A stretch of 64,000 nt of DNA from Candidatus Rifleibacterium amylolyticum (GCA_009917695.1 JAACJG010000004.1:211321-275320); one strand, 5' to 3'; shown: positions 10,252 to 19,800, counted from the stretch's first letter. The notes: generated from the letters alone by a model not told the origin. Program-made: numbers and translations.

Positions 10252-11616
10252 ATGTCTAAGAACTGGGCAAGGCTGATAGCTCTTGTAACTGTTTTCTGTA
10301 TGTTGTTCTCGGCTGAAGTGTTTGCTGGCAAGGGTTACGGAAACTCTGGCTGCCACCACAAACCGGGTTTCTTTGCCAAGATTGGCAAATGCATCAAGAA
10401 AACAACTCAGAAGGTTGCCAAGGCAGTTAAAAAAGCTGCCAAGAAGACCGGTCAGGCAATCAAGACTGCTGCCAAGAAAACTGGCCAGGCAATCAAGAAT
10501 GCTGCTGTAAAAACCGGCAAGGCTATCAAGGTAGCCGGAGCCAAGATCAACAACGCTATAAAAGATACCGGCGTCGCAATCAAGTATAAGCTGACCGGTT
10601 GCAAAAAGCGTGTGTGGGTTGTCGGTCATTATGACAAAAATGGCAAATGGATCAAGGGTCACTGGCGCAAACACGATCAGATCGTAGTTAAGCCAGGTTG
10701 GGGCAACAATCCCGGACAGGGCAACAATCCTGGTCAGGGCAACAATCCTGGTCAGGGCAATAACCCCGGACAGGGCGGCGAGCCCCTTCCTCCGATCGAT
10801 AACGAACCCGGTCAGGGCAATGAACCTGGTCAGGGCGGCGACACCGCTCCGATTCCCGAAGAACCAGCTCCGACTCCGGCTCCCGAAGAACCAGCACCAG
10901 CACCAGCTCCTGAAGATCCGGTTCTCCCAGAACTTCCTGAAGACGGCGACACTGGCGTGCCCGGTGATTCTTCTGAAGCCTCTCCCGAAGCACCAGCTCC
11001 TGAAACCCCGGCTCCTGAAACTCCGGCCCCAGAAGATCCGGTTCTTCCTGAACTTCCTGGTGATGAACAGCCTGGCGATGAAGCCGAAGGCAACCCCAGC
11101 GATGAACAGCCTGGTCAGGAGCAGCCCGGTCAGGAACAGCCCGGCGAAGAAGCTGGTCAGTCAGGTCAGGCCGGTCAGGGCGAACAGTCAGAAGAATCTG
11201 AACAGGCTGGTCAGAGCGAACAGGCTGAAATCTCTCTCAGAACCATGGGTATGCTGATGAATGATCTGGTAAGACAGTCTGGCGAGATCACCGAATTCAG
11301 AAGAGCTGCCAATCCTGAAATGAGTTACTCAGTGAATGTCGCTGAAGGCCTCAACAACACCTATGACCTGCGCGAAGCCAATGCCAGCCTCCTGGTAAAA
11401 GTTATCGCCTGGGATCTCAATCGCAACAACGGTGAAACTGGTGAATACTTCTCATTCTTCACCTACAAGATGAGTTCTTACGATGCTGACAGCCGCAGAC
11501 TGATCAAAGACGTTATCGATCGCGTGAAAGAAAGCGTGAAACATGGCGCCGGTCACGTAACTGAAGACAAAAAGTCGGCATACGAGAAGAGACTTGGCGA
11601 AATCGACGGATTCTAA
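10252..11616 (+). CDS. Secreted low-complexity repeat protein: Lys-rich KKTGQAIK repeats, (GNNPGQ)x4, Pro-rich PAPE segments, an acidic QPGQEQ segment and a globular C-terminal domain
   Basis: A GGAGGGAG RBS precedes the start and a signal peptide follows (MSKNWARLIALVTVFCMLFSAEVFA). Tandem repeats are visible at the DNA level. An intrinsic terminator follows. Confidence 0.6.
   Translation: MSKNWARLIALVTVFCMLFSAEVFAGKGYGNSGCHHKPGFFAKIGKCIKKTTQKVAKAVKKAAKKTGQAIKTAAKKTGQAIKNAAVKTGKAIKVAGAKINNAIKDTGVAIKYKLTGCKKRVWVVGHYDKNGKWIKGHWRKHDQIVVKPGWGNNPGQGNNPGQGNNPGQGNNPGQGGEPLPPIDNEPGQGNEPGQGGDTAPIPEEPAPTPAPEEPAPAPAPEDPVLPELPEDGDTGVPGDSSEASPEAPAPETPAPETPAPEDPVLPELPGDEQPGDEAEGNPSDEQPGQEQPGQEQPGEEAGQSGQAGQGEQSEESEQAGQSEQAEISLRTMGMLMNDLVRQSGEITEFRRAANPEMSYSVNVAEGLNNTYDLREANASLLVKVIAWDLNRNNGETGEYFSFFTYKMSSYDADSRRLIKDVIDRVKESVKHGAGHVTEDKKSAYEKRLGEIDGF
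10702..10773 (+). repeat. 18-bp tandem repeat x4 (GGCAACAATCCYGGWCAG) encoding (GNNPGQ)4 inside the CDS
   Basis: Four head-to-tail 18-mer units can be read directly in the sequence. Confidence 0.8.
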
Positions 11617-11632
11617 ATCCCGACAGCAAAAA

Positions 11633-11657
11633 CCGCCTCGCAAGAGGCGGTTTTTTT
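11633..11657 (+). terminator. Rho-independent terminator
   Basis: CCGCCTC-gcaa-GAGGCGG stem-loop followed by TTTTTTT. Confidence 0.75.
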
Positions 11658-11671
11658 ATGCAAAAAAAACG

Positions 11672-11700
11672 TTGCTTTGCGTCTGCCTGAGCTCTAGAAT
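11672..11700 (+). promoter_or_regulatory. Sigma-70-like promoter TTGCTT-17-TAGAAT, 8 nt upstream of the ATG (probably a leaderless mRNA)
   Basis: -35 TTGCTT at 11672-11677, 17-nt spacer, -10 TAGAAT at 11695-11700, ATG at 11709. No SD sequence is present. Confidence 0.4.
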
Positions 11701-11708
11701 AAGACGGC

Positions 11709-13274
11709 ATGAATAGTCAAACTACAAATAAACTCAGCTTGAGCCAGCTGTTCCTGGCAGCTTCGATTCTGTCGGTTATAATTACCGTTCTCTGGCTTAT
11801 GTACCCTAATCCGAATCGGCACTACCATCTTGTGCTGACGGGCATGAGCAAGGGGCGCATTCGCCCGTTCAAGGCGAAGTTCAAACCTTACCAGGGCAAA
11901 CGCATGGGTGGAGCTGCTGGTGTTGCAGCTGTGGTCAAAGAAGCCGTGAAGTCTTTCGAAGGCAGTCCTTATAACCTTTTCTCGATTGGCAGCGAAATCT
12001 CTGGTACGGCTGATGCCTATTTCACCCGTGGTGCCGCGATAATCAAGATCATGAATGCCATGGGCATCGAAGCCATGCTGGTCGGTAATATAGAGTTCAC
12101 CTATGGCCAGCGCCGATTGGCTGAGCTTGCCGAGCAGGCGGAGTTCAAATTCGTCAGCTCAAATGTTTCAGAGGTTGTCAGCGAAAGAGTTCCTGATTAC
12201 CTTTCTCCTGGGCTTTTCTTCAATCCAGGTGGTGGTCTTAAGATTGGCGTTATCGGGTTGACGCCGCCTACCACTCCCACTTTGACTGCCCGCAGTAATA
12301 TCGAGGGGCTTGACTTTGGCGATCCCGGAGAGTCTCTGCGTTTGCAGGTCGAAGCCATGCGCAAATCAGGCGCTGATCTCGTTGTTCTGTTGACTCTATA
12401 TAACCGCGATCGCATAAGAGCAGAAGAGTGGCGGCCGATAGCCTCGGCTGCGCCTGATATCTGTGTTATGGTTGATTTTGATATAGATGCGCCGCCGGCA
12501 GTTCGCCGTGACGGCATTGTCATCAAAACTGTCAGCGGTTACAATCAGTCAAAAGAAGTAGACGTGCTCGACCTTGAGATAACTCCACCGCCAGTTCGCA
12601 TAGTTTCATGGAAGGGCCGTCGTCTGGCTGTCAATCATGCCGAGATCACCCCTGATCCTGACGTTGCAAGAGTAGTTGATGCCGTCACCCGTGAGAATCG
12701 TGAAGCGCGCGATCGCTACATTGGTGAATTTGCTGGTGATTACCAGCATCAATGGGATCGCGAGTGCCCGATCGGCAACATGATAACCGACGCGATGCTG
12801 GCAGAGAGCGGTTGTGATATAGCATTCCATAACAGCGGCGGCATTCAGAACAATATTCAGGCCGGCGATTTTTCGGTCGGCGATCTTTTCAGTATGATGC
12901 CTTTCGATAATCAGATGGTGACGATGCAGCTTACCGGAAGCGAGATCGAAGAGCTTCTGCGCATTTCAGCCAGTTTACAGCGTGGTCTTTTACAGGTTGC
13001 CGGCGCCAGTTATGAATTTTCTCTGCGCCCCGAAGGCAATGTACTTGATTCGTTCATGATTGGTGGTGCGCCGGTAGACCCGGATCGAACTTACTCAGTC
13101 TGTACCAACAACTTTCTGGCTGACGGCGGCGACAATTTTACGCCTTTCCGCAAGGGTCGACAAGTTCAGTATGGCCGCCAGCAGCGTGATGTCGTCAGTG
13201 AGTATGTAGCCCGGAACAGTGCCGATGCTCCGCTCCGCCTTTCCACCGATGGCCGAATCGTCAGGCACGATTGA
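11709..13274 (+). CDS. 5'-nucleotidase / UshA-family protein with an N-terminal TM anchor. The metallophosphatase motifs look degenerate.
   Basis: The C-terminal 5'-nucleotidase substrate-binding domain is well conserved (GNMITDAMLAESGCDIAFHNSGGIQNNIQAGDFSVGDLFSMMPFDN; FLADGGDNF). In the N-terminal calcineurin-like domain the canonical metal ligands are replaced (GNIEF instead of GNHEF, and no D-x-H). Confidence 0.7.
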   Translation: MNSQTTNKLSLSQLFLAASILSVIITVLWLMYPNPNRHYHLVLTGMSKGRIRPFKAKFKPYQGKRMGGAAGVAAVVKEAVKSFEGSPYNLFSIGSEISGTADAYFTRGAAIIKIMNAMGIEAMLVGNIEFTYGQRRLAELAEQAEFKFVSSNVSEVVSERVPDYLSPGLFFNPGGGLKIGVIGLTPPTTPTLTARSNIEGLDFGDPGESLRLQVEAMRKSGADLVVLLTLYNRDRIRAEEWRPIASAAPDICVMVDFDIDAPPAVRRDGIVIKTVSGYNQSKEVDVLDLEITPPPVRIVSWKGRRLAVNHAEITPDPDVARVVDAVTRENREARDRYIGEFAGDYQHQWDRECPIGNMITDAMLAESGCDIAFHNSGGIQNNIQAGDFSVGDLFSMMPFDNQMVTMQLTGSEIEELLRISASLQRGLLQVAGASYEFSLRPEGNVLDSFMIGGAPVDPDRTYSVCTNNFLADGGDNFTPFRKGRQVQYGRQQRDVVSEYVARNSADAPLRLSTDGRIVRHD

Positions 13275-13324
13275 TCAGCAGGTAAAACTTCTGGCATTTT
13301 TGCCGGTTGAATTGCCGGTTAAGA

Positions 13325-13353
13325 TTGTCTTTAGCTCGACATCATGGTAGAAT
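13325..13353 (+). promoter_or_regulatory. Promoter TTGTCT-17-(TG)TAGAAT placing the transcription start at or next to the ATG at 13361 (leaderless)
   Basis: Extended -10 TGGTAGAAT at 13345-13353, -35 TTGTCT at 13325-13330, 7 nt from the -10 to the ATG. No SD sequence is present. Confidence 0.4.
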
Positions 13354-13360
13354 CGCAAAC

Positions 13361-14956
13361 ATGTTTGACATATCATGGATAAATCCCGGCGGCAGCGGTA
13401 TCAGCAAAGAATCGCTGCAACGTGAGAACAGCATGCTCAAGCGGCAGATTCAGGAGTTGCTTACTCTTGATGAGACCGGGTTTTTTATCGAACTCGATTC
13501 TTTGCTCAAGGCGATACTGAAAAAGGCACTGGTGCTTTGTAAGGCTGAGTCTTCGTTCTTCTCGCTGGCGGGTAAAGACCCTTCTGACCTTGATGTTCGC
13601 ATCAGTAACGTAATTCTCGAAGAAAAGATGGAAAAAATCCGTCAGCAGTTCAAGGCGGAATACCCGCGTTGGCAGGAGTCAGAGGCCGAAATGCTGACTG
13701 TCGAGGACTTCATTCTGCTGCCACTGGTGCGCCGACATCGCATGCTCGGGGTTATCGGATTGAAACTCACTTCCGATGCGCCTGACAATATTTGTGAAAT
13801 TTTGCCAATTCTGGCGGCTCAGGCAGCGGCCTCTCTTGAAAGCGCCATTCTTTACGAGCGCATGTTCAAGCGTCTGCTGGTATTGAGTAATGTTTTTATT
13901 CTCGGTAAAGAGATCGTATCAAACATTGAGCTGCAGCCGCTTGTAGAGAAATTTCTGTCAATAGCCTGCGATGGTACTGACAGCGATATCGCCTGCATTT
14001 TTCTGCTGCACGAAAAAGACGAGCGCCCTTATTACAGTTATCTCAAGGCGACTGATACGGCTCTCAAATTCGCCGAAAGCTGCCCTGATGGCTATACACA
14101 GATCATTCAAAGCGTGCGCGCAGAAGAGAAGCATTATATTCTCAACGACCTTGCAGCAAGTGACTTCGGTCATAGTGAAGTCGGAAAAGTCGCCGGCATC
14201 ACTCTCAAAGACACTCTGGTATTGCCGCTCAAACCTCGCGATCGTCTGCTGGGCGTTATTCAGGTCGCCAACAAGCGCGGAAATTTTTCTTATCGCCCGG
14301 AAGACCTGGATTTATTGAAGATTCTCGGCAGCCAGGTGGCTTTTGTCATACAGAACGCCGATCTCTTTAAGAACCTGCAACGTGCTTATATCGACACTCT
14401 TTCGGCGTTGACCAGCGCTATCGATGCCAAAGACAGCTATACACGCGGCCACTCAGAACGCGTTACTGAGCTTTCTATCAAACTGGCCGAGTATTTTGGT
14501 GTAGCGCCCGAGGAGGTCGAGAAGATCAAGCTCGGTGGTTTGCTGCATGACATCGGTAAAATCGGCATTCATGAGGGTATTCTCAACAAGCCCGGCCGGC
14601 TTGACGACGAAGAATTTGAAGTGATCAAGTCACACCCTGACCTGGGTGTGCGCATCATGGGCAAGGTTGAGTTTCTCGAATCGATCGTGCCGATCATCCG
14701 TTATCATCACGAACGCTATGACGGAAAAGGCTACCCGGAAGGATTGAGTGGCGAAAAGATTCCGTTGCTTGCCCGCATAGTCAGTGTTGTCGATACTTTT
14801 GACGCCATGACCACTGACCGCCCTTATCGCAAGGCAATGAGTATCGATGCGGCTCTTGCCGAAATCGAGCGTTGTGCCGGCTCGCAGTTTGACCCTGAAA
14901 TAGCAGCGCATTTCGTTCGCATGATCAAAAGCGAAGGTGGACCTGCCAAGTCATGA
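13361..14956 (+). CDS. GAF-domain HD-GYP phosphodiesterase (cyclic-di-GMP-type signalling)
   Basis: Two GAF-like regions are followed by an HD-GYP domain (HDIGKIG...IRYHHERYDGKGYPEGL...DTFDAMTTDRPY). 13361 is the first ATG; the ORF-track start at 13307 is a TTG. The stop overlaps the next gene as ATGA. Confidence 0.75.
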   Translation: MFDISWINPGGSGISKESLQRENSMLKRQIQELLTLDETGFFIELDSLLKAILKKALVLCKAESSFFSLAGKDPSDLDVRISNVILEEKMEKIRQQFKAEYPRWQESEAEMLTVEDFILLPLVRRHRMLGVIGLKLTSDAPDNICEILPILAAQAAASLESAILYERMFKRLLVLSNVFILGKEIVSNIELQPLVEKFLSIACDGTDSDIACIFLLHEKDERPYYSYLKATDTALKFAESCPDGYTQIIQSVRAEEKHYILNDLAASDFGHSEVGKVAGITLKDTLVLPLKPRDRLLGVIQVANKRGNFSYRPEDLDLLKILGSQVAFVIQNADLFKNLQRAYIDTLSALTSAIDAKDSYTRGHSERVTELSIKLAEYFGVAPEEVEKIKLGGLLHDIGKIGIHEGILNKPGRLDDEEFEVIKSHPDLGVRIMGKVEFLESIVPIIRYHHERYDGKGYPEGLSGEKIPLLARIVSVVDTFDAMTTDRPYRKAMSIDAALAEIERCAGSQFDPEIAAHFVRMIKSEGGPAKS

Positions 14957-17511
14957 AATTTTTGCGCGATTCCAGGTTCCCTGAACGCATACTGATAATG
15001 ATAACTGTGCTTGCTATAAGCAGTTTTGCTTATTATTTCACGGTTGCAGAGGTCGAAGAGGTTGAATCGCGCTTTGATAACCGGCGGGTAATGCTGGTTA
15101 AAATGCTGGCGCGCGAGGTGATTGATCTTCTTGACCGTCGTCTCGATTTGTCGCCGCGCCTGTCGAATCTTCTGGCGGAAGAGGCTATCGCCTATGCCGC
15201 GGTTCAACAGGCTGACGGCGCCCTGCTGGCCCGCGCCGAAAACTATTCGATGCCGGTCGGTGTTCTAGAAAAAATCGAAGAGGAAGCTCTCAAGACTCCG
15301 CATCTTAAGCTGGTGCCGTTCAAAGACACTTCGCGAACAGCTTCTTTGATAGAGGCCGCAATACCTCTGGTTACAGCCAACGGCAAGAAGGTGGTTTTGC
15401 GGGTTGGTTTCTTCAGAGATGCTGAAGAACAGCGAGTTTCTCAGATAAGCTTTCGTAATACCCTGTTGTTCTCGCTCATACTGCTTGGCCTGGCTGCTTA
15501 CTGGTTCGTTCGCAAGCACCATGCTTCAAACCTTCAGCACACGCTTCTCGGTGGCGCAGCTCTGCTGATACTTTTGCTTTTCATGGCTTCGCGGGTAACT
15601 CTGCACAGCTGGTATGAGCAAAACTGGCGTGAATCGTTTCTCAGGCACGCTCTCTATGTTTCCAAGATGCTTGTGCCATCAGCGCTGCGTTTCATTGACA
15701 CCGGAGAAGACAAAGATCTGCGTGAATCCAGTCGCATAGTTGCCTCTGACGACGTATTTGCCTCAATTTCACTGATTCGTGATGAGCATGTGGTGTTTCA
15801 TTCTGACCCGACGAAAATTGGTGGCACTGCTGCTGAAGACCAGAATTATCTGAAAAGTCTCAATTCAGACCAGCCCGTCATTTTCAGGCTCGATGAGCAG
15901 GATATGTTTGAAGCCATGATTCCGGTGTTGAATGGGCGTTTGCGGGTTGGCACACTCAAGGTGAGTTTGCGCAGCAGCAATCGCTACGAACCTCTGGCGA
16001 TGATTCGCGACCGTCTTGCCCTGCTGTTTTTGCTGGCGCTGGTGTTGATGATGTTTTTGATGAATCTGATTTCACGCCGCATCTCTAAAGAAATTTCCTG
16101 GTTCATTCAGGCAATGGAGCAGGCAACAGCCGGAGATTTGCGTCAGAACATCTATATTGAACGCAATGACGAATTTGGCCAGCTGGCGCACGCCTTCAAT
16201 TTCATGATCATGAGCATGAAGGAGAGAGATCTGGTTGGCAAGGGCCTGCAACAGTATGTCAGTCGCAGCATTGTCGAAAGAACTCTCAAGGCACTTTCCG
16301 GTAACGAAAAAAATGGTGAAAAGTTATTCGCAGTATCGCTGTTTCTTTACTTCAGTGGTATCGACGAGTCTATCTCAAGGGTCGAAGGAAGCCGCATCTT
16401 TTCCGGGGTTCAGGAATGTTATGCGATTCTGCGGCGTATCGTACAGCCAGGGCAGAATGTCAGTATGCAACTCTTCCCTTCCGGGGTCCTCGTGCTCTTT
16501 ACTTTCCCCAGTCGCCATGATTCTTTGCTTAAAGCGCTTAATGCCGCCCGACTCGCTGCCCGTGACCTTGGCCGCCGCCAGGATCTTCCCTTTTCGCCCA
16601 AGCTTACCATGCATGCCATGGATATGGTACGCGGCCAGGCCGGTGATAAAGATGAAAACACCACGTTGATCGGCGATGGCTTTGGCGATTTCAGAACCCT
16701 GGCTCGAGTCCAGGACAGCGATGAAGTGCTGGCAAGTCTTGAGATCGATATTCTGCTCAAAGACGTGATTAATTTTGACGAACTCGAAGTTCTCTCGACC
16801 GAACAGGGGCGCATGAATGCCTATGTAGTCGGCAGTTTCAAAGAACTGCCAGAACTCGTCAGCATTTTCCCTGCTGCCACCTCCTGGACCAAAATCATGA
16901 TATTGCGCATTCTCAAGGCTTCGACCGAACAGGTTTCGCCCGAGACTCTGTTTGAGTGGTTCAAAGATGCTGATGCCGACGTGCGTTATCATGTAATGGA
17001 CGTAATCGAACGCGTTTCGCCCGACCGGGTGCGCAGTTTTGTTGAGAATGCGGTTAATACCGAGAATGATTCGAAGGTTCTGTCGAGAGCTATCGCAGTA
17101 TTGGGTAAGGTTGGCAACGAGAGTCACATTGCTGTTCTTACCGAAAAGTTGCGCTCTGAAGATCGTCGAGTAAAGGCCAATGCTGTTGAAGCTCTCGAAG
17201 CAATCGGCGGCAAAAGAGTTTACGAATTTCTCAATCTGCTGGTAGATGAACAGGACAACCGGGTAAAAGCGAACATTCTTATTGCCCTCGGGAAATATGG
17301 CGATCTCAAGGTTTTTGAGCTGCTGTCACGCATGATCAAAGACCCTGAGAACACCATGCGTGCATCGGCAGCCTACGCGCTTGGTCGACTTGGCATGGCG
17401 CAAGGGGTGGAACCGCTTGTCGGCGCCCTTTCAGACAAGGATCCGATGGTGCGCAGACAGGTCGTCGCCTCTTTAACAGCTTTGAAGGCCGATCTTGACA
17501 TAGAAGTATAA
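14953..17511 (+). CDS. Multi-pass membrane signalling protein: HAMP domain, degenerate class-III cyclase-homology-like domain, C-terminal HEAT (PBS-lyase-type) repeats
   Basis: TM helices are followed by a HAMP domain (ISWFIQAMEQATAGDLRQNIYIERNDEFGQLAHAFNFMIMSMKERD). Next comes a CHD-like segment (AVSLFLYFSGIDE...KLTMHAMDMVRGQAGD...LIGDGFGDFRTLARVQ) that lacks the metal-binding Asp. Four or more HEAT repeats follow (DADVRYHVMD, DRRVKANAVEALEAIG, DNRVKANILIALGKYG, DPMVRRQVVASL). Translation is coupled to the upstream HD-GYP gene. Confidence 0.55.
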   Translation: MKFLRDSRFPERILIMITVLAISSFAYYFTVAEVEEVESRFDNRRVMLVKMLAREVIDLLDRRLDLSPRLSNLLAEEAIAYAAVQQADGALLARAENYSMPVGVLEKIEEEALKTPHLKLVPFKDTSRTASLIEAAIPLVTANGKKVVLRVGFFRDAEEQRVSQISFRNTLLFSLILLGLAAYWFVRKHHASNLQHTLLGGAALLILLLFMASRVTLHSWYEQNWRESFLRHALYVSKMLVPSALRFIDTGEDKDLRESSRIVASDDVFASISLIRDEHVVFHSDPTKIGGTAAEDQNYLKSLNSDQPVIFRLDEQDMFEAMIPVLNGRLRVGTLKVSLRSSNRYEPLAMIRDRLALLFLLALVLMMFLMNLISRRISKEISWFIQAMEQATAGDLRQNIYIERNDEFGQLAHAFNFMIMSMKERDLVGKGLQQYVSRSIVERTLKALSGNEKNGEKLFAVSLFLYFSGIDESISRVEGSRIFSGVQECYAILRRIVQPGQNVSMQLFPSGVLVLFTFPSRHDSLLKALNAARLAARDLGRRQDLPFSPKLTMHAMDMVRGQAGDKDENTTLIGDGFGDFRTLARVQDSDEVLASLEIDILLKDVINFDELEVLSTEQGRMNAYVVGSFKELPELVSIFPAATSWTKIMILRILKASTEQVSPETLFEWFKDADADVRYHVMDVIERVSPDRVRSFVENAVNTENDSKVLSRAIAVLGKVGNESHIAVLTEKLRSEDRRVKANAVEALEAIGGKRVYEFLNLLVDEQDNRVKANILIALGKYGDLKVFELLSRMIKDPENTMRASAAYALGRLGMAQGVEPLVGALSDKDPMVRRQVVASLTALKADLDIEV

Positions 17512-17592
17512 ATTCGCCGTCTGGCCGATGTGCCGGTCGAACAAGGTTCGCAGGACGCAAAGCCTGCGCCTGACTAGAGAAGGAGTCATGCC

Positions 17593-18882
17593 ATGGATTT
17601 TCAGGAAGCCTATGCAAAAGGAAGCGAAGCTCTCAAGGAAAACCGTCTTGAAGATGCGAGAAATCTTCTGGAGACAGCTCTGAAACTCAAGCCGAACGAC
17701 ATCTATACCATGAACAAGCTGGCCATGGTTCTCAAAGAACAGGGCGATTTTAACGGCGCTGAAGCGTTGCTGTCCGGATGCCTGGAAGTGAAGAAAGAGG
17801 ATCTGTATACCAACTATCTGCTCGGTAATACTTATCTGGAGCAGGGCGACATCGACAAGGCCATCGAAACGCTTGAAAAAACCGTTAAGATGAATCCTTC
17901 CGATCGTTATGCCGTTAATTCACTCGCTCTTGCTTATCGCATGAAGCGTGATTATGAAAAGTGCATCGAAATTCTTGAAAAGACGCTGCAGAGCAATCCG
18001 AACGACATGTATAACAAGGTCAGTCTTGCTACGGTCATGTTCGAGATTGGCGATACTGCCGCCGCTGTGCGTCTTTCCAAAGAGATTCTCAAGCGCGAGG
18101 CAAACAATGTTTCGGCGATGATTCTGCTGGGACGCATCGCAATTGAAGAGGGGTCATACGTTACCGCTCAAGGTCACCTCAATCAGGTGCTGGCAATTGA
18201 CGCCAAAAACAGCGAAGCGCACTATTATATCGGACGTATCTGCCTCGAAACCTCAACTGTTGAAGCGGCGCGCGAACATTTCAGCGCAGCCCTGCAGTAT
18301 GATGCCGACAAGGTTTCGATTCTCAAGAACCTGGGCATGATCTATCTTGATAAAGGCATGTACAGCGAAGCCGAAGAGCAGTTTGCCATGGCGGTAAATC
18401 TGAGCCCCGACGATGCTTTTGTTCTTAGTAACATGGGTAAGCTGCTGGTGCTGCAGGGGCGCCTGGATGATGGCATAATCTATCTGCGCAAAGCGGTAGA
18501 GGCTCAACCAGACTATGCTTTCGCTTACTATAACCTTGGCAAGGCTTATCAGGAAAAGCGCGATTTCCCCAATGCCATTTACAATCTTATGTTTGCCCTC
18601 AATTTTGAGCCTGACGACGTCTATGCCATCAACGTTCTTGGCCGCATGTTTCTCGATGTTGGCCTCAACGACCGTGCTTTGCGCACATTCGACCAGGTGC
18701 TGAGTGAATTTGACGAGAACGATCGATTTGCCATGCTCGGGAAGGCTGATGCGCTCGAGGCAATGGGCCAGCCGGTTCGTGCTAAAGAGGTTCTCGTGCA
18801 GCTTAAAAAGATTGCCGGCGACGACAAACTGCTCATCGAAAAGATCGAGGGGCGCATTACCCGTATCAATAAAAAGGGATGA
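17593..18882 (+). CDS. TPR repeat protein
   Basis: About ten canonical 34-aa TPR units are present (AEAHYYIGRICLETSTVEAAREHFSAALQYDAD and similar). The ATG at 17593 is 7 nt after AGGAG. Confidence 0.7.
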   Translation: MDFQEAYAKGSEALKENRLEDARNLLETALKLKPNDIYTMNKLAMVLKEQGDFNGAEALLSGCLEVKKEDLYTNYLLGNTYLEQGDIDKAIETLEKTVKMNPSDRYAVNSLALAYRMKRDYEKCIEILEKTLQSNPNDMYNKVSLATVMFEIGDTAAAVRLSKEILKREANNVSAMILLGRIAIEEGSYVTAQGHLNQVLAIDAKNSEAHYYIGRICLETSTVEAAREHFSAALQYDADKVSILKNLGMIYLDKGMYSEAEEQFAMAVNLSPDDAFVLSNMGKLLVLQGRLDDGIIYLRKAVEAQPDYAFAYYNLGKAYQEKRDFPNAIYNLMFALNFEPDDVYAINVLGRMFLDVGLNDRALRTFDQVLSEFDENDRFAMLGKADALEAMGQPVRAKEVLVQLKKIAGDDKLLIEKIEGRITRINKKG

Positions 18883-18885
18883 TCT

Positions 18886-19785
18886 GTGCTCAAAAGATTT
18901 AACCTGACAGTTCCAACCGACTTCGAAGAACCTCTTCTTGGCCTGGCTGAAAGGCTTGGTCTATCTGCTTTTTCGAGTCCACAAATTCGCGATGCAGTTG
19001 GAAAAGGCGAGACTGATTTTGTGCTGACCGGCGAAACCGTCGTCAGCTTTATCGCTTCCACAATTGAACAGGACACTGCCGCTATAGAAAGCGAGATAGC
19101 CGCATGGTTGCAGGATTTTGGACTGTCTGCATCCTGTCTTGTCTGCGAAGAATACGCAGAGAACCAGGACTGGATGCTCGGCTTTAAAGAACATTTCAAG
19201 CCGATCTGTGTTGGCAGTTCGATTGTTATCAGGCCCCCATGGGCTGAGCCCTTGCCCGACGAAGACGATGGGATAACGATTCTCATCGATCCGGGTATGG
19301 CATTTGGAACCGGCACGCATGAGACGACGCGTCTGTGTCTGCAATTGCTTGAGCTGCTAGAAATCGGCGGCAGCTATTTTCTTGATATTGGAGCCGGCAG
19401 CGGTATTCTTGCTTTTTATATGATGAAACGTGGTGCCAATGGCGGCATCGCGGTTGAAATCGAAGGCGCGGCTGTCGAAAACATGCGCAAAAATGCGGCA
19501 CTGAACGGAATCTCTGATCGTCTGCAGATGCTCTGTTCAGATCTTGCCGACTTTTCTCCCGCTCTGCCGGCAGAGGGACTTATAGCCAACATCACCTCGC
19601 CGGTGATCATAGAATATCTGCCATTGATGTCTAAATGGGTGCGACCCGGTGCCTGGGGTGTCTTTTCCGGAGTAAATGCGACGAATGCCGCCTCTGTCAG
19701 AAAGGCGTTTGCCGAAAATGGCTGGCGCTTGAACCGCGAAATTACCGATGGAGACTGGCACGGGTTTTATCTCGAGAGAGTATGA
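18886..19785 (+). CDS. prmA: Ribosomal protein L11 methyltransferase
   Basis: PrmA motifs are present (ILIDPGMAFGTGTHETTRLCL; FLDIGAGSGILA). A GTG start follows AAGGGA. Confidence 0.8.
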   Translation: MLKRFNLTVPTDFEEPLLGLAERLGLSAFSSPQIRDAVGKGETDFVLTGETVVSFIASTIEQDTAAIESEIAAWLQDFGLSASCLVCEEYAENQDWMLGFKEHFKPICVGSSIVIRPPWAEPLPDEDDGITILIDPGMAFGTGTHETTRLCLQLLELLEIGGSYFLDIGAGSGILAFYMMKRGANGGIAVEIEGAAVENMRKNAALNGISDRLQMLCSDLADFSPALPAEGLIANITSPVIIEYLPLMSKWVRPGAWGVFSGVNATNAASVRKAFAENGWRLNREITDGDWHGFYLERV

Positions 19786-19800
19786 GCCTGCCGACATGGC

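Noticed and set aside
16375-17127. 250-aa minus-strand ORF inside the HAMP/HEAT gene
   Set aside because: It is fully antisense to a gene with clear domain signatures and has no recognisable motifs or RBS.
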